A program made the position numbers and the translations under genes. Below are positions 25,586-41,310 of a stretch of DNA of 64,000 nt, one piece after another. This stretch comes from the human T2T-CHM13v2.0 reference genome, Homo sapiens. Every line of letters begins with the position of its first letter. Position 1 is the stretch's first letter. The notes beneath the pieces were generated by a model. It did not search any database. It saw only the letters and a program-made list of their open reading frames with translations, and had not been told where the DNA came from. The DNA lies in the NCBI RefSeq assembly GCF_009914755.1, contig NC_060937.1; one strand, given 5' to 3'.

Positions 25586-27809
25586 GAGTCGCACCCATAA
25601 AAGGCATGCAAACCTCCCTTTCTACACTAGACTGCACTACTGAGGACTCCAGAATTCCCTGATAAAAAAGCACAAGCCCACATCCAGCACCTACACAGCC
25701 CTGTGCTATGTCCATCCTCGCCGGGGCACAGACCACGTTCTCTCTGGTGTGCTGCACGCCCCAGGTGCCAAGGGCTGCTCAGAGAGCAGGTGGTGGGGTG
25801 GGAGGTGTGCATGCACACTAGTGGGCTGCAGAGTCTACAAGCTGTGTCACAGGGCAGGATAGAGCTGACAGTGAGGTGAGACAACAGGAGGCAGATCTCT
25901 GGATGGGGAGGTGGAGTCTGACTCACTTGATAATGCCATGTTCCTAGGATAAACTCCCAGGAATTCTCAGATTCAAAATTTGAACCTGGCCTTTCAGTGT
26001 TAATTATAATTTAATTTGCCAAGATAGGATGGTAGAACATCTCTCCTTGAGAGTTGAAAACATAATAGAGAACTTTCAAACGTTTCATTAGTGCCTGTGG
26101 GGCTTTCATTGGTTCTTCTGCCCTAGCTGTCAAATGTCAGTGGTAGACCTGATCTAGGGGACTTCATAAAGCACAAGGCCAAGCATCATTTGGCTTAGGC
26201 AGTCACTAATCTTTTGGGGGTTGGAGTGATATTACTAGCCAGGCTGGTTAAAGAAAGACTGGTTTATAATGATGCCAAAGCCACTCCTTGCAACCACCCA
26301 CTCACTGATGAGGGGAAAAATATCATAAAACATATCCAATTTAGTCCCCTTATATTTCAGCCCAGATAACAGATTTATAAATATACGTTTCTTTAAGAAC
26401 AACTCACTGACCAATCTAAAGTAAATACTTCTTCCCCTGCTGTAAATATGAATGTATTAAAAAATGGAAAATAGCATTAATGTTGAACACAGCTTTCTTA
26501 ATTTAATTTCACAATAGAAGTCTGTACTTTAAAAACAAAAGACACCCACACTGAATCAGCTCTTTCATTGTTCTGTAAAAGCCACCGCTCAATATGAAAA
26601 AAAAAAAAAATTGTTCACACTATTTCTAAGCAAGTGAGAATTCCAAGGAGGAAAAAGGATCATTATCTTGATGCCTAATTAATTTTCAAAAATATTGTTA
26701 TGCAGACAACTGTTCAAATGTAATGCTATGCTCATCTTCAAATTGGCAAAGTTCATGGCAATTGAAAAATTAGCAATTGCAATAAAGTGAAAAAAAATCA
26801 AAGGTAAAATGTTCAGCTTAAGGAGGAATATCTTGAACACAATCTGGATCAGTTGCTGTATAAATGAAAGAAATGATATTACTCTTTAGCACTTTCAAAA
26901 CACTGGTACTGAAAAACGAATATTTTTAGTAACCAACTTACCAGTTGCAGGCTTATTATGTTTCTTGGAATCCTGTCTTTCTTAATTGAGATATTTGCAT
27001 TTGGAAGTCCCTTTGAATCATCTTATGTTCAGTGATCATTTGCGAAGAAGATAATAAAGCTATTTGGAATGTATTCAGTCATCCTAATTAGGAGAAGCCA
27101 AGACCCTCTCTCAGAAAAATTATGAGGCCCAGGTGTTGTTCTCTAACTGCTTTTCTTGCTCTGGCCCGTGGGAAATAAATTTGATGATCTAATCAGACTT
27201 TTTCCTTTCAAATATCAATAAAAAGTCAAAATAATTAATTTTTTTTCCCGAGTAATGCTCTCAAAGTTAATATCCATGCTACCCTTCCCATATGCACCGG
27301 CGCGATGAAAGATTTCTGTGCCCCATCTTCCTAAAGATGCTGTAAGGTGAGATGGGTTTCACAGCGGTGCCCCATCCTTGGCTTATGACTTTATTCAGAT
27401 CATCCCCAATGTGTGAACAGATCCTGATTTTACAGAGAGTGTGCCACTGGGGCAGCTTCGGGTCCAGTGCATGAGGATCCACTGCTTTCATTTTAGAAAC
27501 CAAATTTTAGTCAAGTACGAGTCTTGAATTTCCTATCATTTAATTAATATTTTACTGCCTTATTTCATATACAAATTCTGGGTTTTAAACCATTATTTAC
27601 TAATCCTATGGACAAGCATAAATCCCTGCCCTTATGCTTAAACTTGGTGTTGAATTCATTACTTACATTACATGCCTTAACAATATTTTGTTCACTGGCC
27701 GCTAATTAGGCAGACTGAATGTATTATCCATTACAATTGTCTGCAGAGACTTTGACTTTAGTTCTTCCTTGTTCATTTACTCAATTTGTTTTATTTCATT
27801 ATTCCTCTG

Positions 27810-28110
27810 ACTCTCCCTCCCTCTCTCCTCCCTCCCTCACCCTCTTCCCTTCTTCTCTCCCTCATGCTCTCCTTCCTCCCACCTTCCTTCCTTCCTTTCT
27901 TCTTTCCTTCCCTCTTTCCCTTTCTTCTTTCCTTCCCTCTTTCCCTTTCTTCTTTCCTTCCTTCCCTCCTTCCTTCCTTCCCTTCTTCCTCACTTCCTCT
28001 CTACTCCCTTTCCTCCTTCTCTCCCTCCTTGTTTCCCTTTCTCCCTCTGTCTCTCCCTTCCTTTACTTCCTCCCTCCTTCCTGTCAGTCTTTTTTATTCT
28101 TTCTACTTTC
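27810..28110. repeat. CT-rich polypyrimidine low-complexity tract
   Basis: About 300 bp of degenerate (CCTT/CTTT)n. Confidence 0.92.
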
Positions 28111-29892
28111 CTGATAATTTACTTCCTGTCTCATGACACTAAAATTTAAAATCCTAGAAAAGGAAATATTTTTTCACTATTTCACAAGTGTATCTTCAGC
28201 ACACATAACAGCACCTAGTATAGAATAATAATGTTTAAATGTTATTTTAATAAATAATTGAGGAAAAGCTTATAATCTTCCTAGGTCTAATGACATGACT
28301 AAAATTAAGTCATAAAGATTAATGCTAGATATGTTAATACATATAAAAAAACACAAAATCCTTACATCATTTTACCAGGTAACTCTATTTTGAGTAAACA
28401 ATTCAAAAAATAAGTGTACGATATCATAAAAATTTATAAGCCTAAAGAAATGAAATTTTCCAAATATTATAGTGTTAACATTTTTAGAAACAATCTATGA
28501 ATATGAAATAGAAATTATTAAGTACATGAAGAGATCAACATTAAAGCAAGTACTTTTGCAGCCATTGATAATACATTTAAAAAGCAGTCAAATAGCGTAG
28601 AGGGGTCTTGCTTCCCTTTTATGTGAATAAAACAAAACAGAATTTTATTTACTGAATGATTACAACATGTCCTAAAATTTATATGCAGACAAAAGTTAGT
28701 AACATTAAGCAAAAAGTAGATAAGTTTTTTGTGTTGTTTTTAAGAGAGTATGGAATTTTATATCTTTTTATAGTTTATACTTGTATGTTTATAAAGTTTT
28801 TCAAGTCTGAAATGAAGAGAACAAATATATTTTAACAATTATTGGAATAGAATAGATAGCTGTAGATGAACAGAGAAAGAAATGTTAACTGGCTTTTATA
28901 AAAGAAAAGCCTAAACCCAAGAGGAAGTTGCATTCTCTATGTAATGAAGGAAGGTAAAGTTACAATCACCACATTCATTAACATACAACCTGTTTGGCAC
29001 AACTGAGTTTAACTGAAAGGAAAGCCATGCTATAAAACTAAGATTCTCAAAATTTAGAGCAGCATTCTCATAAATGTTTAATTTCTAAATTTTTTTTCTT
29101 CTAAATCACAAATAGAAATTCAGTTTTCCACGTGAAAACTTAGAGGCCTTAACAGATGAAGTTCGCAGTGTTTTCAAAGGAAACACAGTATGTGTAAAGC
29201 TAAAAGTTAATTCTAGTTGTTTGTTAATTAATTCGAAGTACCGGCTTTTGATTACTATGCTCCATTGTTCTTACTCTTAAGGATATTGGTCTTACTCAAA
29301 ATTCACAAGCAATGGAAAGAAAGATTGGCTCAGGTGTGGCATGTGTAGGGAAGCGTTACCACACTTCTCTGGGATGGCCTAGAGATTCGTGGGAAAGGCT
29401 GCTTCCACTAACATGGAGCTTAGAAAAAAACCTCACCATGATTTGGCACCAAGAGCTGAAAAATCTGTACCCTCCAGAACAGGCAATGAGCTGTTTATCC
29501 ATTAACTGCTTGCCAATCAAGTATTGATAAGAAAATAAGATTTCATATTTGCATAGCCACAATGGATTACCACCAGATATTAATATCCGAGGTTCCTTTA
29601 AACCATGAGTTGGTATTAACAAAGTTTGCTTTACCCTAGATTGTTGTGATTTTACTATAGTTCTACTTGACTGCAATCTATGGTACATGGAAAAAAGTGG
29701 TCAGAGATTAGGTTAGAAAGAAAATTAAAGGCTCATTCATAAAGATCCTTGAGTGCTATTTCAAAATAGTTGGTCTTTATCATGGACAAATGGAGAGAAA
29801 TTGGTGACTCATACTAAGTGGGAGATGAGAAAGAGGAGATGCTCACATTTCATGAGAACTTCTGTTGTTATAGTGAGAAACATGGAGTGCCC

Positions 29893-30267
29893 TGATATTT
29901 TTTGCATCTGTGGCCCTGCCCAAATGTCATGTCAAAATCCCCAGTGTTGGAGGTGGGACTGGGTAGGAGGTGATAGGATCATAGGGACAGATGTCTCCTT
30001 TGATGCTGTTCTTGTAATAGTGAGTTATGAGATCTAGCTGTTTAAAAGTGCGTAGCACCTCCCTCCTCCCTCTTCCTCCTGCTCTGGCCATGAAAGACAT
30101 GGCTGCTTCCCCTTAGCCTTCCACTATGATTGTAAGTTTTCTGAGGCCTCCCCAGAAGCCAAACAGAAGCCATCCTGCAGAACCATAAGCCGATTAAAAC
30201 CTCTTTTCTTTATAAATTACCCAGTCTCAGTTGTTTCTTTATAGCAGTGCAAGAATAAACTAAAACC
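29893..30267 (+). mobile_element. MST (MSTA-like) solo LTR
   Basis: tgatat...ccccagtgttggaggtggg...ctttataaattacccagtctcag...tttatagcagtgcaagaa. Confidence 0.88.
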
Positions 30268-31955
30268 TGTTCACAAAGGGAGGAGCTGTGATGAAGTACA
30301 CAATTCTAGAGGAATATATCTTGAGTGCCTCCATATACAATACATTCTAGTCCCAGAATGAAATCTGAGAGAGAAAGCAATCTACTCACAAGTTGTTTGT
30401 CACAGGCCCCCACCCTTGTCTTACATATTTCTTTCAAGATTTCTTATTATTTAACTACGTCTACCTTCTTCTAATGCCATTCTTATTTTGAGAACTTGAT
30501 ATATGTATCATCAGATGGAAGTCACCTGGGAAAATTGATTCTAATTTTCAAGGGTTTGATTCTTTTTAGAATTCTTCTCCTTTAAGAAAAGAAAAAGAAA
30601 CGCTTAAAATATGAAAGATGACTGATTTACATTAAATACTAAGATAGCGCCAGAGATTACATAATGGTATGGTTTTTTATATATATATATATACACACAC
30701 ATATATATATGCATACACACAGATTATATATATAACACAAATATGTACATATATCTATATACATAGATATAAAATCTCTAGAGATCTATAAATGCAATGC
30801 AGATTAAATCTCAATGATCTACTTTTCAACATCTGAAGATTTTGTTTGCTTGTGAAATTAAAGCTCTCATCCCAGCAGGTAGGAACTGATATGCTGGAAC
30901 CCTGTAAAACAAACCTCTCTCTCCAGTTAGACCAGCCTCCCTCCATCTCCCAGACAATCCACACTAATTCATTGTGTCCCATTTCCTATCCCTCTGAATC
31001 TACCTGTTCAAGGACAATCCCTGACTTCTGAGGAATGCTCAGCTGTGCTATTTTATGTTACATGTTTCTGGAATCACATGATCTGGCGTCCCTTCCCTGA
31101 AGGACCAAAATCAGCATTTTGAATGAGGTTGAATATGAGAAGCTAAGACACAGGAGCTTAATTTATTTTTTTCTCATTGCACTTTTAAAATGTATACAGT
31201 GCAAAAAGTTCTTCCTAAGTCCCTGGGTAAAAATTCTGACAGCTCGTGGCTTTTCTGTATACTATTACTTGGCAAAAGAAAAAATACCTTTGATTACTTC
31301 ATGAAGCATTCACCAAACTCAAGTTGATTCTTGGATTGCCTATTCTTATGAAGCAGTGAAGCACTTTTTCAAGTTGAGGCTGTTCTACTGGCCCAATAAT
31401 TGGCTGTAGCCTGGGAAGGAGCTGGGCTTGGCCTCCTCTCCCTTCCTCATTAATTGAGCACTATTTTTAACTTTATACAATGATATACATTCAGAAGAAT
31501 AAAGTTTTACTTCACAATAGAGCTGTGGAATGCTGGTCTTTAGTTTTCCAGTAGCACCTGATGTTTATAGCTACCTCTTTTTTAGGTGGGGCACTTGGGG
31601 GTCCTGGGGAGACCTCACCTCTATTGCCAGGGCCATTGCACCTGCAGCCCTTGATTGTTAATGCCTGATTCTCTGCCTCACCATCCATGCCATTCTCAGT
31701 CTCTAGGGATTCTGTGATGCCCTTGGCAACTCTGGGTTGAGGGTGGTACCCCTTTTAGACAGCCTTCTTCAACAGGATTAAAGATGACTTCATTCTGGAT
31801 CCCTCAGTTGGGTGAGGACCATGCATCCTTTCTCCTGTCAACCTCTGCTGGAATAAACCAGTCCCCCGGAGGAGCAACTTTGTATTCACACCCACCGTTG
31901 TGTCGGCCAGTGTCACTCAGCTCTGAGATTTAGCAGGCAGAAGTTCAGATTTCCC

Positions 31956-32441
31956 TGTGATGGTTAGCTTTATATGTCAACTTGCCTAGTCTCTAGCACA
32001 TGTACCCTGTTACTTAATCAAACACGGATCTAGTTGTTTTGTAAATGTGATTAACATCTAGAATCAGTGGACTTTAAGGGAAGAAGATTATCCTCAATAA
32101 TGTGGGCCTCATCCAGGCAGATGAAAGCTTTATGAGCAAAACGGAGGTGTTGGAGAAGAAAATACTCTCCCTCAGCACTGCAGCAACTCCTCCTGGGTTT
32201 CCAGTCTGCCAGATTTCCGTATAAATTTCAAAATGCCTAACCCCCACAATTGTGTGAGCAAATTTCTTACTGATCTTTCAGTGACCATCTATTATTTCCA
32301 TCTCTCTCTCTCTCTAAATATATATTTATATAAAATCTCCATATCTCTCTCCATATATATGTGTGTGTATATATATATGTAAATATATATATATTCTTAT
32401 ATGAATGTAAATCCTGTAGAAGAACACCGACTGCTAAAACA
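31956..32441 (+). mobile_element. MLT2 (ERVL) solo LTR
   Basis: Start tgtgatggttagctttatatgtcaacttg; internal gattatcctcaataatgtgggcctcatcca; typical (CT)/(TA) stretch near the 3' end. Confidence 0.85.
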
Positions 32442-33662
32442 TGCTACATTGTCCCCAATAACTATAGGTGACAGGTTCTAAGCTTTACAAATGATCCAAT
32501 TGAAGCCACTCTTACTTGGCTTGCAGTGAAAAGCTTGAAACCCACCCTAAGTAGTTCTGAACACATAATAAACGAATCCTTTCAAAACATTCCCCTGTAC
32601 TTTCCCTTAGCTTTTTTCTACTTTGCTGGTTCAGCAGAGTTCATGAACAGATTCTTGACTCCTTAGGACAATTTCAATTTGATCATATAACTTCCTTGGT
32701 ATCACTGAAGTTTCTTGAACAAAGCATGCACTTTCCTGTCCTTAAATATAATATCTTCTTTACATGAATATGTGACAGGGAATTCAGGAAGCATCTATTC
32801 AGAAGTTCTTGTACGGCCTACCATACACTTGCTACAGGATTCATGGAGCAGGCTCAGTTTTCAAGGAATTTACAATTCATTTGGAAGACATAAACATTAC
32901 AAACATCTTATTATCCCTTAAAAGGAGCTAAGAAAAATCAAAAACATGGTCTAGAATTATTGGTGACCATTGAAAAGATGATACTTTTAAAATAATGGAG
33001 AGGAGAGGGAGAGGAAATGTATCTTGAAGAAAGGCGGAAGTTAAATGGATAGGCAAGATAACAGTGAGGTTGGGAGGAAAGAGTAAAGAGAACAGGAAGA
33101 TGGAGGCTACATTGTGTGGACCAGTGGAAGATAAAGTTGGAGATTACTAGATTACTCTAGATACAGAAAATAAAACATATCATCAATTTGTATTTGATGT
33201 GTTGAGTGATAAGAGTTACAGAAGCAAATGATTGATTGGTGGTGAATTGGGCAGCTCTATATAAGAGGGGACCCAGGAGGGCTATGGGGGAAGAGTTTGA
33301 GGAATGATAAAAATATTTGAAGGAAAACACACTAGCTAGAGTTCTGTTGCAAAGCGCCAGCTATGAGTGCTTACGGAAAGCCTATATTCAGCTGACAGGT
33401 AGCAGGTGCTACAATGCTAGAGTGGAAAGGCACTTGAGTGAATCATGGACTCCTCATGTCATTTTTGTGAAGTTACGATATGGTCTGTTCATGGGGCAGA
33501 ATGGCTAGTGTCAGAGCTGGGACTAGACCAGTCATGTAGGTTTCCAGACATGGATTATTTGCTCATGGTTTTAATGGAATTATATCTGTTTAAAATTGAT
33601 TATTATGAATCCTGACATAAAATGCATTCTCCCAAGATGCCATGCAAAAGTGTTAGTGATGA

Positions 33663-34126
<464 letters not shown>

Positions 34127-35899
34127 TAAAACAATACATTGGCAATACAAATAGAGAAAGTAAACATAGTACTCAAATATAACTCTGGGTGCTAGTTTTA
34201 TTTTTTTCCATTTTTTCAGCAGGGCTGTTCCATCCTTTGTGAAATTTTGGCAGTCGAAATACCAAGTTCTGAGAAGGAAGGACGAGTGGGCACTTTGCTT
34301 TAAGGAGTGCTTTGGAAATGGATATTTAATGTTTTTGAGAAGTTATTTACAGGAATAGATTGGATAAAAAAGCAACATACAACACGAAGTGGCAGCAGCG
34401 CCAGCTTCCTTTCTCACTCTCAGTGGTGGGGAAGCACTTATGGTAATTGCTAGTCAAGTGGTAAACTCGGTTGGAAGTACGACATTGATTTCTACTCCAC
34501 CCCACCCTGGGTATTACTTGTTTTGTAACTGTACCAAGTCTTTAATATTCCGTTTGGGCACAACAAAATTTAAAGCAATAGTGTTTTTCAAAATATTTTT
34601 AACAATAAAAAAAATCATAGGTTCAATGTATATATAGAGAGAATATGGATTTAACAAACTCTGTCATTAAATGTGCTTAATATTTTTTGATATTTATGTA
34701 AAACTTCTGCCTAGCATGGAGTAACCACATATTATATGTTTGTTGAATGAATACATAAAGGTTTAACATAATGTGCCCAGTAAATAGAGAAGGTCTTTCT
34801 TTTTTCCAAGCAAAAGCATGTTTGTACTTGTAAAATTAAATGTATACTTAAGATCCTACCCTTCTTCACATTCTTTTCATTTTGCTTAATAGTCTCTTTC
34901 CATCTTTCCAGCATTCAATAACTATTTAAAAACTGAGTCAAATCTTGTGGCTATATCTTGACACTGAAAATCACTTGAAAAATATAATAGATTGAGAGAT
35001 AAGATAGAATTTTTGTAAATGTATTATAGAAGGTACATGTTGAGTTCTAATACCAAAGCCAAGGGAATTGTAAGTCGTGGAACTGGAAGCAATTCACCCA
35101 CCTGGAATTGAACAGAGAATGGAAAGAGTTTGCCAATGGTGCTTCATTCAAATATATGGATATATATCTGAATATAGAATATATAAATATAGAGACAAAT
35201 ACATTATCAGTACTCATTTTAGCTCATCTGGGATCAGAGGCTCACAATGTACAACTTCGTCAGAAGGGCTTTTCAGTACATGCATTCTCTTCTATAATTC
35301 ACTCATATCAGTTACAATGTTGTACCTCCTGTTGTAGAAAGGACATCATCTCTCCCAAGAGCAGAATTTAGAAATAATTACCAGTCTACCCTCAAAGACT
35401 CTCAATTGGAGATGTTTCTACATTTTTACCAAATATGATAAAGAGATAGATCTCAGAAGACCAATATTCACATTAAGATGTGCTGAGGAAAACTGGAGAA
35501 AGTGACATTTTGTAAATACTTTTTGAAAAACTGTTAATTCAACCAGGAATGCAGTCATCAAGATCTTAAAGCTTAAAGGGGTTTTCAGAGAAGTGGGCCA
35601 ACATTCTTCAAGCTGCTGGGGTTGCTTGTCATTTTTGTTATGGCAAGCTAAGAATTCAGGAAAAGGGTTGATGTAAACATTTCTTGAAGTAAGCATAACC
35701 TTTAATAATTTGAAATGGAAGAGAGACAAAAGTTACAGTATGGATAAATCAAGGCAGCCAGAAATTAAGAAGCTAATATCTTAGTAAATAAGGTGGTATG
35801 TGGAAGTAAACTCTAGATTCAGCAGTTTCTCCCCTAAAGTACATAACACATTTTAAAGCTTTGTTAGTGAAGAAGCTAAGAAATTAAGCAAGACAGAAA

Positions 35900-36460
35900 T
35901 TAAAATAGCCCAACTACCTTGTTAAATGGGGGGCCGATATCAAGTAAAACATAGATATACCTTGATCTAGCATTTCTCTCATAGCTATATGCTCAGCAAT
36001 GGGGTGTATTTATGTGCATAGATAGATAATATTTAACAATATTTACAGCATCAACAGTCATAATGGCTCAAATTTGAGAATGTACCCAATGTTTCCAAAT
36101 CAACAAAAAATAAATTTTGTGGTATACTCATACAGCAGTAGCAATTAGAATGAATGAACAAGTATAAAAAAGAAACTCAGAGGCTGAATCTCAGTGAGGG
36201 AAAACAAAAGAATATATACTGTGAAAAAAAGTTATATATATATGCATGCAAAACTAACATAGTGCTAGAAATTGATATAATGGTTATTAGGGGAGCCCGA
36301 GTTGTGGTTTGGACAGCATAAGACAGGGGCTAATGATAATCATCTTTTCCTTGATTGATTTAGGTGATAATTATAAAGAGAAATGTTACTGACTTTTACA
36401 CTTGCGATTTGTAAACTTTACTATATTTATGTTATACTTCAATAAAAATTTTACTTAAAA
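35900..36460 (+). mobile_element. Old L1 3' end (L1ME/MC-like)
   Basis: aaattttgtggtatactcataca and ttatgttatacttcaataaaa. Confidence 0.6.
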
Positions 36461-36689
36461 CATTATAGGGATGTTCTCTTATGAACAATAGAGATGAGGG
36501 ATCCAAAAACTGTCATTGCTAACACATGACTTTAGTGCGTGTATACCGGAATTCTGCTACAAGCCTCCTCCTTTTTCTCAGGCTTCCATTTAGGCTGCTC
36601 TGACTTCCATGTTAGGGTTGGCAAAGGATGCGAGATATTAAGTGACCATAATTTTATATGTAAAACAAAGTAGGAAAAACCTGTTTTGG

Positions 36690-37905
<1,216 letters not shown>

Positions 37906-37949
37906 TCCAATGTTCTTTTTGTTATACAGTGCTGCACTAAAATATGAAA

Positions 37950-39050
37950 AGTGACTTTGCAATAAGCTGAAAGACACCAAAAAATAAGGATATGACTCAG
38001 ACAATTCATAATCTAATTGGAAAGATAACCTTTAGAGAGATAACCATAATACAAAGTAGTAGATAAGTGATAATGGAATATGTAACACAGGCATTGAAAA
38101 CAAGAAATGAATCATGGAGAGTTGGAAAAATAAGGGAATTTTTCATGGAGCACATTTTGTGTTTCTACTTAAAAATTTTAGCATTTCAATGAAAATAACA
38201 GAAGTAGCCTTCTACACATAAGTTATGAATCCAATTATCATAGGGTGATGAGAAAAGCAGAACTCCTATCTATGTCTAAGAACAGAGTTGCAGGGATACA
38301 GAAATCTTAATTGCCAAAATTTGGAACATTTTATCTGTATGCTGTTGATAATGAGGTGTTAGTAAAATACAACCAGCCTGTCAACAAACATTTGTTTAGT
38401 GCCTACTGTTTTCTCTTAGAAAAGCAGTGGTGAGATAATTTTTGGAAGTTAATTTGGTGATCATATTTATGAATCAGGAAGGAGTGGCATAAAACTATTG
38501 AAAAGTTCTGGCCAAGTAATAAAGGCCCAGTAGATGGTGATAATGATTGCAATGGAAATTAAGGGAGAGACGGAAAAGTCATTAGGAGGGAGCTTCAATT
38601 ACAGTTGTTGTTTGGTTGCATGCTTGTGGTTAAGATGAGAAAATTGGAGCTGAAACCAAAAATATTGACTAGAAGTGACCAAGATGACTATGAAAATATC
38701 AACAGAAAATCTTTGGGAGGAAGAAGCTGGTTATTGGGGAATTACAATAAAATTGGTTTGAGGCATCCTGAGTGTAAATCTACAGAAGAGAACTGGAAAT
38801 GGAGGAATGGTATGGATATGAACCATCTAGCAAAAAGTGGAAGCCATGCCAAGATAGAAAGATAGAAGGGTGTAGACAAGAAAAAAAAAAAAAAAACATT
38901 TGGAGTGCTGTCATTTGGAGGATATAGTGAAAATTTAAGTCCAAGGACAGGCTGCCAATTAGGGAGGTATAAGCAAATACTCCAAATGGTGAAGCCACGG
39001 GTCACAAAGGTTATCAAGAGCAAATGGTCACCATTGTGTAAACTCAATGT
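37950..39050 (-). mobile_element. L2 fragments
   Basis: caacaaacatttgtttagtgcctactg and other degenerate antisense L2 motifs; boundaries approximate. Confidence 0.45.
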
Positions 39051-39645
39051 AAAGGAGAAATGAGACTCAGAAAAACCTTCAATTTAATAGCTATGGTTTT
39101 ATTAATTTTCCTCTACATAAATGAAAAATGAAAAGAAAAGTGTGTTGAGTAGAAGTGATTTTCCACACATTTTTTTCTCTTGTGATTTAACTGTAAAAGT
39201 AAGAGGCAATAAATTGTTGTTTCTCTGAATTAGCAGAAATTCGACTGTGGGGAAGCTTAAAAACTCTTCTATATTTCATAGTTGTTTTTCATAAAGAAAG
39301 GAACTGATTTTCTTTCAAGCAGTGTTCATTGTTGTACACAGTAAGAAACACAAATACAGTTAAGTAACAATTATTCTACATTTTATGAGTACTTTGTTTA
39401 GAAGGAGTAATGCTGGAAGTCATTTAAAAGGCAGTAAATTCAATGTGCTTTGCTCTACTACAAATTTCATTATGAGTGAAGCTAAACCACTCTTCCTACA
39501 AAGAATGATAGTGATTACTGACTCACATGAATTTGGGAAGCCTACGTGAAAGAGTGAAGGAAGAGGGAAGCAAAGGAATTTTGATCAAGAATAACAAGAG
39601 GAGGAGTGCCCTAGCTCTTATAGGAATGTAGTATAAAGTATAGTA

Positions 39646-39648
<3 letters not shown>

Positions 39649-39678
<30 letters not shown>
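39649..39678. repeat. (AT)n microsatellite
   Basis: Perfect AT run. Confidence 0.95.
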
Positions 39679-39681
<3 letters not shown>

Positions 39682-39699
39682 ATTGGTGAAGCATATTAT

Positions 39700-40570
39700 A
39701 AGAGAAAGACAAGATCCAAATAAAATTAATGTAAATATGGAATTTTATTAAATAATAAATGTAATATCACATAACACAAAGGAACTGATGGGTGAATTAG
39801 TAAATAGCATTGAGAATACTATCTATCCTTATGGAAACGGTAGTGATAAAACTTCACTAACTTTACACTATGGTAATTTTAACTGAAATTTAACTATATA
39901 TATATTCTATCAATATTCTATCAATCTGTCTGCCTATCAGAGATTTTATTTTCAAATGTGATAAAATTTGTAAGCATAAAATAAAACCAACATGACATTA
40001 ATGAAGACATTGAAACACAAATAATTATTTAAAATTAAAAGCAACTGTGTTGCAAAATACAGCATATGCTTAGCTCAACAGTAGTATCAGTCCAGGGAAA
40101 TAACTTATGACACAAATAACAAATAGTGTCTACATAAAATATATGAAAAACTATGAATTATTGAGAAAATGAAAACAACCATATAGAAATAGACACAAAT
40201 CAGGAAGAAGTCCCAAAAATGGTTAAGAGTCAGCACAGACCTAAAAAATATATTAAAACAACATACCATATTTTTCATCCAGACTGGCATAAATTTATGG
40301 AGTTATCCTGTCCAATATTGTTGAAAATATAGAGAGTCTGGCATTCTCATATACAACTGCAAGGAAAGTGATATAGTAGTAGTTCTTGGAAAAACCATGA
40401 GTAATTTTTGCTATTTTAAAAATGTGTATAGACTGTGTCCTAGTATTTCTACTTTCAAAAATTTGCATTTCTACAAGGATGTAGAGTTATTTGTATGAGA
40501 ATTTTTTGCCATAGTACCCAAAATAATAATGAGAACAGAATAATTATAATGAAATAATGTGTATATAAAC
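39700..40570 (+). mobile_element. Old L1 (L1ME-like) ORF2-3' fragment
   Basis: A-rich; ataccatatttttcatccagactggca and cattctcatatacaactg. Confidence 0.55.
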
Positions 40571-40689
40571 ACACAGAGAAACACTAAGAATTTTGAGGAG
40601 TGTTTCCACTTAATAAGGTAAAAGATACATCAATTCTTATATTAAAAAAATAATAAACGGTACGGCAATTCGGTAGAGTGCTAATTTTA

Positions 40690-41310
40690 AAAGAGGAAAA
40701 TACTAGAGACAAGAAGAATGGGAAGTGCTGTTTTAAAACTGCTGATGTCAGATGGTTATAAAGACTATGAGGATAAATGAAGGAGGAAAGGGGCATTGAG
40801 GGTTTGTATAGGGAGAATTGAAATTTAAATAGGGTGGCAGTAGAAGACTTTACATATAGGAGACATCTGAGCAAAAATCATACACAGTTGATGAGCAAGC
40901 CATGTGGATATCGGGGGCACTGAACACTCCCTGTCACCAAACGTTCAGGGAGGGACAATGAGGCCGTTGTGGGAGCGAGGAGAACAAGGAGAGAGGCACA
41001 AAATATGCCTTGAGACCGTTAAAGGGATGGGAATTGGGAAGATCGTTTGGTCTTGCAGGCAATTGAAAGAACGTCCCCTGAGGAAGAGGAGAAGCCACGG
41101 ACACCTTTAAACAGAGCGATGAGTTGTATCATTTTAAAACATCAACTTTCATGCCCACGTTGAAAATGACTTTCAGGTGGGAACAGGGAAGCAAGAGGCT
41201 TCTCCGTAATAATCAAGGTAAGAAGTGAAGGAGACCGGGATCGGATGTAAGCCGGAAGTGTGGGGGAAGTGGTCAGATTTCCAATATCTGTTGGAGGCAG
41301 AGCCAAGAAA
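40690..41310 (-). mobile_element. L2 (L2a-like)
   Basis: gagacatctgagcaaa, agccatgtggatatcggggg and gaagtggtcagatt. Confidence 0.65.

Noticed and set aside
27719-28136. Leu/Ser/Pro/Phe-rich ORFs resembling membrane proteins
   Set aside because: Artefact of a stop-free polypyrimidine tract
34382-34397. CTCF-like motif acacgaagtggcagca
   Set aside because: Mismatches at core positions; not supportable without ChIP data
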